Source: Bacteroidales bacterium (GTDB lineage: Bacteria > Bacteroidota > Bacteroidia > Bacteroidales > P3). From it: 43,930 nt of DNA. Position 1 is the first letter of the stretch. Every line of letters begins with the position of its first letter. The notes under the pieces are model-generated. The model saw only the letters and a list, made by a program, of their open reading frames with translations. It had not been told where the DNA came from and ran no database searches. Below, piece after piece: positions 6,301 to 12,900 of the stretch. A program made the position numbers and the translations under genes. Location: NCBI GenBank assembly GCA_031552355.1, contig JAVBMO010000069.1, forward strand, positions 1 to 43,930, given 5' to 3'.

Positions 6301-8665
6301 CCCCACGGAATCGGGAGTTTATACAGCAAGTTCCTGCGGAAAAACAACAGAGGATACTTATCTGGAAATTTCTAAAGGGAGCTGCGGAAATGATATTATT
6401 GGTTCTTCTGATTATAATTGTAACCAACAAAGCCTATATAGCTTTTATGCAGAGGCAGGCACAACCTACCAATTAATCTGGGCGAATCATCGTAATTTAA
6501 ACAGCTACAGTTGGGACTTGTCAAAAGAAGCCAATACTGCAGGGCTCTATTGCCAAAATGCTATCCCATTGTCTGATACGTCAAGCAATATAATGGTAGA
6601 GAAGTCAACTATACGCGATTCATATTGCTGGTATGCTTTTACTCCTAAAAAATCAGCATATTATGGCACTAATATGCCGTATGCATTGATTTATAAAAAT
6701 TGCGGTGATTTGAATCCAATGCCATCTCCCAATGCTTTTTATGGCGAAGCAGGCACCATTTATTATATTCGTTTAAACGCTTCTACCTTCTATACTTATA
6801 CATGGCAACTTTATGAGGCAAGCAAGCCCTCTTCGTTCATAGCTTTCCGTATAGTGGATTATTATGGGTATGATTATTCTTCTTTTGATTTTGATTCATG
6901 GGATCTGATTCATAATTACTCAGCATCCTTATATATTGAATCCACTCCCTCCGGAAGTTCTTATAAAAGCCTGTCGTGGGAGAGTTTAAACCCTGCTGTT
7001 GCCACTGTAAACAATGGCGTGGTTAGCCCTGTTTCAGCCGGATCCACCTATGTAGTGGCGACTATGGTTACCGAGAATGCGGTATTAAAAGATTCCTGCC
7101 TGATATCGGTTTCTTCCGAAAACCTGACAAGCCTCAGCATTTCCAACAAAACGCTTGCCTTAACAGAAGGAAAAACCTCATTGCTTACAGCCACTATTTT
7201 ACCAACAAATGTAGGTGATGATTCCAAAACTGTAACATGGCAAAGTACAAATAACGCTATAGCCACCATAACCAATGGCGTGGTAGTAGCGCTAAAAGAA
7301 GGAACCGCGAAAATAATGGTTACGGCTAATAGTAATAAGAATTTGAAAGACAGTTGTGTGGTAACCGTAACCAAAAGCAGTGTTAATATCCCGGTAACAG
7401 GTGTTGGCGTATCGCCCAAAACCATGTCGATGAACGTAAATGCTGAATATACAATTACCGCGGCAGTGATGCCTTTTAATGCCAGCAACAAAACGGTTAC
7501 ATGGGCAAGCGATAACCAGTCTGTAGCCACTGTGGATGCGGCAGGAAAAGTAAGTGCGAAAAGCAAAGGAACAGCCCGTATTATTGCCACCACACAAGAG
7601 GGGAATTTCAAAGACACTTGCATGCTTACAGTTGGCCAGCCTGCCACAGGCATCAGCTTGAAAAAAGCGACGACTATTCTTATAGGAAATCAGGAACAAT
7701 TGGTAGCTAATCTGTTACCTACCAATGCAGACAATACTTATGTGTATTGGTATTCTAATAATTCTACTGTAGCGGATGTTAATTCTACCGGTTTGATTAC
7801 AGCTACGGGCATAGGGACAGCCCTTATTTATGCAGAAATTAGTGTAAATGGCTCATGGGTTTATGATACCTGCAAAGTAACGGTTGCCAATACAGCCGTT
7901 GCGGTAAGCGGAGTAAGTCTGAATAAAACAAACCTTTCTTTAAAAGCTACCCAGGAAGAACAGCTTACGGCAAGCATTACACCGGAGACTGCCACGAACC
8001 AAAATATAAGGTGGAGCAGCAGCGATACCAATATTGTAAGGGTTAGAAATGGACATTTATATGCAAAAGTCAAAGGAATAGTCACCATTACAGTCACCAC
8101 AGAGGATGGTAACAAAACAGCCTCTTGTGTGGTAACGGTAATACAGCCAGTAACAAATGTTACTTTATCACCTCAAACGCTTAGCTTAGCCGAAGGTGAA
8201 ACAGGATCACTTGTTGCTAATGTCCTTCCTGCCAATGCGGACAATAAAAATATAAGCTGGAGTAGCAGCGATACCAATATTGCAAAAGTAAATTCATCAG
8301 GGAATATAACAGCTATCAAAGAAGGAACGGCAACCATAACCGTAACTACAGCAGATGGTGGCTACACGGCAACATGTGTTGTTACTGTAAGCCCAACCAC
8401 CGGTATAGAAGAAGCGGAGGCTGAAGAAGCCACTTTTGTAGTGTATCCGAACCCGGTTATTAATGGACAATTGACAATTGAAACAGGCCCCCAAACCCCC
8501 AAAGGGGGCATTAAAGACGGCATCCAACTTTTTGACCTTGTGGGTAAATTGGTAGGCTCTTTTGCCATTACCGGCGAAAAAACCGAAATCAACATCGGCC
8601 ATTTGCCGAGTGGAACGTATGTGGTGAAAGTGGGAACAGAAACCGTAAAAGTCATCAAACGATGA
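3335..8665 (+). CDS. Giant secreted/surface repeat protein (1776 aa): signal peptide + 10 Cys-patterned PPC-like modules + ~6 Big_2 Ig-like domains + T9SS type-A C-terminal sorting domain
   Basis: Uninterrupted 5.3-kb ORF with an N-terminal signal (..LALFCLCFFFAFTAKSQ). Ten 97-122-aa modules at nt 3434-6829 share GLxC..PI.L....NI.A.H......WY.FTP..SG.Y..S.CGK....L.IY.G.C....FYAEAGKTYYI.W....Y.W.L. Big_2-like repeats at ~6920-8395 (..V.W.S.N..IATV..G.V.A...GTA.I.VT....KD.C.VTV). The C-terminal ..FVVYPNPV..LTIE....LFDLVGKLV....INIGHLPSGTYVVKVGTETVKVIKR (8396-8662) fits the T9SS CTD pattern. Confidence 0.9.
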   Translation: MKQKNYKLRSRNILKSLALFCLCFFFAFTAKSQTDCYSAISLSGATPDITANHSGLSSVYVWYTFTPASGQSGVYTASTCGKTTYDTEIIIYEGTSCGDFVERAYSADAGCNDGSHQSKASFFAEEGKTYYFKWWNRSGQYNYEWDLTVTGVSIGGDSCSRALPLAGPSEDLCAYFSGDGQTQQWYSFTPTEKGLYKVSNCGNSISPPFLLTLVISEGTCDSKTIIKEGTTCSNGNTAIFTAEAGTTYLIAWWGYTEFFYWSLSEVNSTGLFCEKAIVITEPSDNIFANCTPSNSEQWYSFTPSESGTYRASNCASSSNSSSYLYINAGTCDAQTQIAEGQRCDYSSDKKTATFAAQAGTTYYILWNSNDPFNWSLSKVDSTGLSCQKSIVITEPSDNITANCTSFGSSQWYSFTPSESGTYRASNCASSSNSSSYLYINAGTCGAQTQIAEGQSCDYSYNTETATFTAQAGTTYYIHWNSYNPFNWSLSKVDPTGLYCETPIEITELSDSIPAPHSTKETNYIWYHYTPTSAGYYTIVNNTDNSSLYFYTGNCDHLSDLGSISYYSSDRKSTFYLAANQSFYVKSENYNYYSRTDSQWEFRRENDPVGLLCEIAIDCGVANNIAANFATKKTQSLWYKFAPTETGVYTLNANRQNYFYVSEGSCTDKRFVTNGDSLVSFTGESGKTYYIEFFQAKPQAQNIQWNLQKETTSQQGWVCENPIVLTNTSEDVLANHAGLKRTAIWYSFTPTATQTGIYKFTTCGKTTESVYFEVYDGNCASKNGIDYFDSYQCSSSSRKFGSFRAEAGKTYYFLAFTYGNMNNYNWSFTQMDTTGRDCAAPIVLTDVQNDIAVPHAEKESANLWYAFTPKSSGYYQASNIGKVSGNYYSARSLNIYAGSCNNRISIGELKQSYSNGQSDFFYAEAGKTYYINWYLDLTYYDYNYTYTWDLKAVNPEGLSCKNPIVLSGVSENILADHSGKNTETLYYSFTPTESGVYTASSCGKTTEDTYLEISKGSCGNDIIGSSDYNCNQQSLYSFYAEAGTTYQLIWANHRNLNSYSWDLSKEANTAGLYCQNAIPLSDTSSNIMVEKSTIRDSYCWYAFTPKKSAYYGTNMPYALIYKNCGDLNPMPSPNAFYGEAGTIYYIRLNASTFYTYTWQLYEASKPSSFIAFRIVDYYGYDYSSFDFDSWDLIHNYSASLYIESTPSGSSYKSLSWESLNPAVATVNNGVVSPVSAGSTYVVATMVTENAVLKDSCLISVSSENLTSLSISNKTLALTEGKTSLLTATILPTNVGDDSKTVTWQSTNNAIATITNGVVVALKEGTAKIMVTANSNKNLKDSCVVTVTKSSVNIPVTGVGVSPKTMSMNVNAEYTITAAVMPFNASNKTVTWASDNQSVATVDAAGKVSAKSKGTARIIATTQEGNFKDTCMLTVGQPATGISLKKATTILIGNQEQLVANLLPTNADNTYVYWYSNNSTVADVNSTGLITATGIGTALIYAEISVNGSWVYDTCKVTVANTAVAVSGVSLNKTNLSLKATQEEQLTASITPETATNQNIRWSSSDTNIVRVRNGHLYAKVKGIVTITVTTEDGNKTASCVVTVIQPVTNVTLSPQTLSLAEGETGSLVANVLPANADNKNISWSSSDTNIAKVNSSGNITAIKEGTATITVTTADGGYTATCVVTVSPTTGIEEAEAEEATFVVYPNPVINGQLTIETGPQTPKGGIKDGIQLFDLVGKLVGSFAITGEKTEINIGHLPSGTYVVKVGTETVKVIKR
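4139..4816 (+). repeat. In-frame tandem duplication, 2 x 339 bp (modules 3 and 4 of giant gene 1)
   Basis: 4139-4477 versus 4478-4816. My hand alignment gives ~34 mismatches in 339 nt (~90% identity), far more similar than any other module pair. Confidence 0.9.
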
Positions 8666-8840
8666 AAAATGAAATAATACCTGCCTTTCAAGCCCCCTTT
8701 GGGGGTTGGGGGGCTTGTTTGCCGAGTGGAACGTATGTAGTGAAGGTAGGAACAGAAACTGCCAAAGTTACTAAACGATGAAAAATGAAGTGACAAACCA
8801 ATCCTGCCTTTCAAGCCCCTTTGGGGGTTGGGGAGCTGGT
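8602..8840 (+). repeat. Tandem duplication (~116 + ~123 nt) of the gene-1 3' end plus its G/C hairpin, leaving a pseudo-CTD remnant
   Basis: Unit 1 (8602-8717) runs TTTGCCGAGTGGAACGTATGTGGTGAAAGTGGGAACAGAAACCGTAAAAGTCATCAAACGATGAAAAATGAA..CCTGCCTTTCAAGCCCCCTTTGGGGGTTGGGGGGCT. Unit 2 (8718-~8840) repeats it with substitutions. It would encode LPSGTYVVKVGTETAKVTKR-stop but has no upstream ORF. Confidence 0.85.
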
Positions 8841-8852
8841 TTTGGACCCTCT

Positions 8853-8890
8853 ATTGAGCTTAGGTTGCCTACCTAAGCTCAATTTATTGT
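8853..8890 (+). terminator. Rho-independent-type terminator downstream of giant gene 1
   Basis: Perfect 13-bp stem ATTGAGCTTAGGT (8853-8865) / ACCTAAGCTCAAT (8871-8883), loop TGCCT, followed by TTATTG. Confidence 0.6.
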
Positions 8891-8892
8891 AA

Positions 8893-9005
8893 ATAGGCTT
8901 TGCCTAAAAAACCGCTGAACAGAATCTGCAAATTTGGTTCTAAAGAAAAGCAGCCATTTACAAGGGCCAAAATGTAAAGGGCTATTTTAAAAATAGGAAT
9001 TTGGG
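8893..9005 (+). repeat. ~100-nt conserved intergenic element, copy B (copy A at 2533-2629)
   Basis: ATAGGCTTTGCCTAAAAAACCGCTGA..GGTTCTAAAGAAAAGCAGCCATTTACAAGGGCCAAAATGTAAAGGGCTATT..AGGAATTTGGG. Same orientation as copy A. It lies between the terminator at 8853 and the lipoprotein gene at 9085. Confidence 0.75.
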
Positions 9006-9084
9006 AATTGGCGAGAGCTTTACTTGGTGTGAAACCCGCATTATCCAAGATAATTAATATAAAACTCAAACAAATAAAAGACAA

Positions 9085-9945
9085 ATGAACACAAAACAAT
9101 TTTTTAAGAATGCAGCTTTGCTGCTTATGATGGCAACGCCTGTATTATTCACAGCTTGCAGCAAAGACAACGAAAACAACGGTGACAATGGCAACCCAAA
9201 CACCGAAATACCGGGCGGGAAACGGGTAGCCAAAATAATATTCGACAATAGGGAATGGATTTTCGATTACGACAAGCAAGGCAGAATAGTAAGCTGGAAA
9301 ATTGATTACTTAGAAGAAGAAAATGATAAATACGATGAGTTTATAAAAATAGAATATCAGGCAGATGGCTCTATAAAATATTCGGAAGGCGACTACAGTA
9401 TTATAGAAAAATTGAATGCAGCAGGCTATGTAGAATCCTCTACAATGATATCTGAAAGTGGACAGGAATGCAAATGGATCTATTTCTACAATGAGGATAA
9501 CACTCTTAAACAAGCAAAGGGCAAACAGGATATGGTATTTGTGGATGAAGAAGAGAATTTCTCCGATGTGGAACTTGAATTCACCTACAACTATTCTTGG
9601 ACAGATGGAAATATTACCGCTTTAAATTCCCAAACGGTATGGACGACTGGTATTAGAGGTTACAATGATATGGAAATGGCGGCCATAAGCTATTCCGATA
9701 AACTTAATAACAGCAATCTTGATTTGAGCTTATTTCTGAATCCGGAATTACTACGTAACTACGGCTATGGCTCTATCTTCGGCTTTACTGGAAAGAAATG
9801 CAAAAATCTGCCAAGCAAAACCGTGAGAACTTACAATGGAAATGAATTCATTTATGAATTTTCCTACCTTTTCGATAGCGATGGCTATTTAATCCAAGCG
9901 GTTACGTCAAGAGGCTATACCTATACCGTAGAGTACGTAAAATAA
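9085..9945 (+). CDS. Lipoprotein with YD-repeat-like motifs (DUF4595-like)
   Basis: Signal plus lipobox MNTKQFFKNAALLLMMATPVLFTAC. Contains YD/RHS-like short repeats (..FDYDKQGRIVSWKIDY.., ..YLFDSDGYLIQAV..). Only 27 nt upstream of giant gene 2. Confidence 0.7.
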   Translation: MNTKQFFKNAALLLMMATPVLFTACSKDNENNGDNGNPNTEIPGGKRVAKIIFDNREWIFDYDKQGRIVSWKIDYLEEENDKYDEFIKIEYQADGSIKYSEGDYSIIEKLNAAGYVESSTMISESGQECKWIYFYNEDNTLKQAKGKQDMVFVDEEENFSDVELEFTYNYSWTDGNITALNSQTVWTTGIRGYNDMEMAAISYSDKLNNSNLDLSLFLNPELLRNYGYGSIFGFTGKKCKNLPSKTVRTYNGNEFIYEFSYLFDSDGYLIQAVTSRGYTYTVEYVK

Positions 9946-9972
9946 TGAATAGAAATCTAAAATAAAAGACAA

Positions 9973-12900
9973 ATGAACACAAAACAATTTTTTAAGAATA
10001 CAGCTTTGCTGCTACTGCTGGCCATACCTTTGCTATGGCAAAAAGAAGTAAAAGCACAAGGAGCAAGCTGCGAAACTGCAAGAATATTAATGGATACATC
10101 CAGTAATATTGCAGCTAAGAATGGTGATAACTGGTATGTTTTCACCCCCACACAGGCACAAAAAGGAACTTATAGGGTTCAAACAAATGATAATATGCCT
10201 ATTTATGTATGTAACACATGCAATGAAGAGTCTTTTACCTATCTGAATTCCGGTTCTTTGTTTTATGCCGAAGCGGAAAAAACTTATTATTTTCGGTACT
10301 ATAATATTTCCGGAACAAACCAAATATGGCAATTGAGCAGAGTGCCTAATGTTGAAGGCTTACTTTGCCAAACACCCATAGAAATCCCGGCATTATCCAA
10401 TGCTATTGCTGCCAATTTTGCCACAAAACAAACCTCAAGGTTTTGGTATCGTTTTACTCCTTCTACTGCAGGCTATTACCGCGCAAGCAATTGTGGGAAA
10501 ACAGGGACTCGTTCTTCAATTGACATACAAAGTGGAAATTGCGACAGTTTGGTTTATGTAGGTACCGGTAATATGTGTGAGTATCATTGGAAAAGCGATG
10601 TTTTATTTTATGGAGAAGCAGGCAAACCGTATTTGATTTATATAAACCAGACTCAGAACCCTTATGAGTACCCTGCCGACTACACTTGGGAACTGCGCAA
10701 GGAAGATAGCCCTGAAGGTTTATCTTGCCAAACTCCTATTGAAATCGCCTCTACATCGAATAACATTCCTGCTAACCATGCGACCAAACAAGTGAAAGAA
10801 TTATGGTACAAATTTACGCCAACCCAATCAGGGGTTTACACAGCAAGCAGCTGCGGAAAATCCGACTATACTTCTATGAGTGTGTATGACTCTTGCGGAC
10901 AATACACGACAGAAGAGGCTATTTGTGCTACCTCATTCAATGCCCAGGCAGGTAAAACATACTACATCGTCAATAGGGGGAGTGGGGATTATACATGGAG
11001 CTTGCACTTGGGAAACAATCCCGAAGGCTTGATTTGCCAAAGCGCTATTGTCCTTACCGATACCTCAAACAATATTTTGGCAAATCATACTGATAAACAA
11101 AGCCCCGTACTATGGTATCGTTTTGCACCTACAGCTGCCCAAGAGGGTGAATACAGCCTCACCAATTGTGGAAAAACCTCAGATACGACCCAGGTCTTTA
11201 TATATGAAGGAATTTCGTGTGATGATAAAACGTCTAAAGGTTCCTATACCAATACTTACTGTGATATTGAGTATTACACAGAAACTTCTTTTTATGCAGA
11301 ACCCGGAAAAACCTATTATATCCAATGGCTTAACCAAAATGGGGTGAACAATTACCATTGGTCTTTTACCAAAAAAGATACCCGTGGAAAATACTGCATC
11401 ACTCCCGTTGAACTAAAAGATACCATGAGTAATATTCCTATTAACCGTTGGTACACCTTTAGTCCAAAACAAAGTGGCTATTATGTGGCAAGTGATTATG
11501 GAAAAAACGCATATAATACACATCTTACGAATGTCCATATTTCCACAGGCACTTGTAATGAACTTGTTTCTGTAGGGAATATTATGCATAAAGATGAGCT
11601 TGGCATTGCATCTGTATTTTATGCAGAAGTCGGAAAAACCTATACAATTAACTGGATAAGCTATTTTATAGATTCGCATTGGGATTTGTATCAGATAAGT
11701 AATACCGAAGGTTTAACATGCAACAGCTCTATTGCAATTAGTGGCGTATCGGACAATATTGCAGCTGATCATGCGGGAAAACAAAGTCCTATCTTATGGT
11801 ATCGTTTCACACCCACAGAATCGGGAGAATATATTGTCAGTTCATGCAACAAAACCACACATAAAACCTATTTGACTGTATTTAGCGGTACATGTACAGA
11901 TCTGTCTGAAATAAGCTCGTCTTCTAATTATTGCGAAAACCAAAGCCGTATTGCATTCACTGCTCAAGCCAATCAAACGTATTACTTTAGATGGATAAAC
12001 GATGACGGATCTTATAGCTACAATTGGTCATTGTCCAAAAACAATGATACGGAAGGTAGGTTATGCGAAACACCTATTGTATTGACCGATACTTCAAGCA
12101 ATATAAAATATCTTAGTAATAATCCTACTTTATGGTACTCATTTACACCTACTGCCACGCAGGAAGGAGTTTATAAAATTTTAGAATCCGGAGGAGTTTA
12201 TGTAGAACTATACACAGGCTCTTGTGGAAATTTGAATAATGTATTCAACAATAAAGAACTTGTGTCGCTGGGAACAAATATTTTTTATGCAGAAGCCGGA
12301 AAAACATATTATTTCAATTGCGAAAAACAAATGGAAGGAGGATTATGGGGCCTGAGTAAGGTGGATAATCCAGAAGCTTTAACTTGTCAAACAGCCAAAG
12401 AAGTTACAAACGTAACAGATGACATTAGCCTTATTAACGTAGGATATAATTGGTTCGTTTTTACCCCAAATACCAATCAAGAAGGTATTTATAAAATAAA
12501 ATGGAGTAGACGAGAACTTGATTATAGAGTTTACACAGGCTCTTGCAATAATTTAGAGAAAATTATAGATCGTACAGAAGAACCCTTTTATGTTGAAGCA
12601 GGAAAAACGTATTATGTAAAAGGCTTTGGTGGAAAAATGGACACATGGAGTTTAGTAAAAGAAACCCAAACTTTAGAGGGTAAAGTTTGCCAAACAGCAA
12701 TAACTATCACCTATTTTGGTGAATCCTATATTATAAGTTCCTATTCAAAAGAGGAATCCTGGTATAGCTTTACACCCACTAAAACAGCTTATTACACTGT
12801 TGCATCACCCTGTGGTAGTGGTGTTTATGATGGCGAATGCAGCACTTTGAATGAAATAGTAAATATCTCACGGGAACCTTTCAATTCTATATCAGACATA

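Noticed and set aside
3434-6829. Diversity-generating retroelement (DGR) targeting the variable patches of the repeat modules
   Set aside because: The window contains no reverse transcriptase gene and no template repeat with adenine-specific mismatches. Differences between the duplicated modules involve all four bases.
7048-8814. Minus-strand ORFs of 84-201 aa (7048..7653, 7292..7699, 7861..8115, 8297..8602, 8362..8814) inside giant gene 1
   Set aside because: They are antisense shadow ORFs of a repetitive, codon-biased coding region, with periodicity mirroring the Big_2 repeats. They have low-complexity hydrophobic translations, no start context and no family resemblance.
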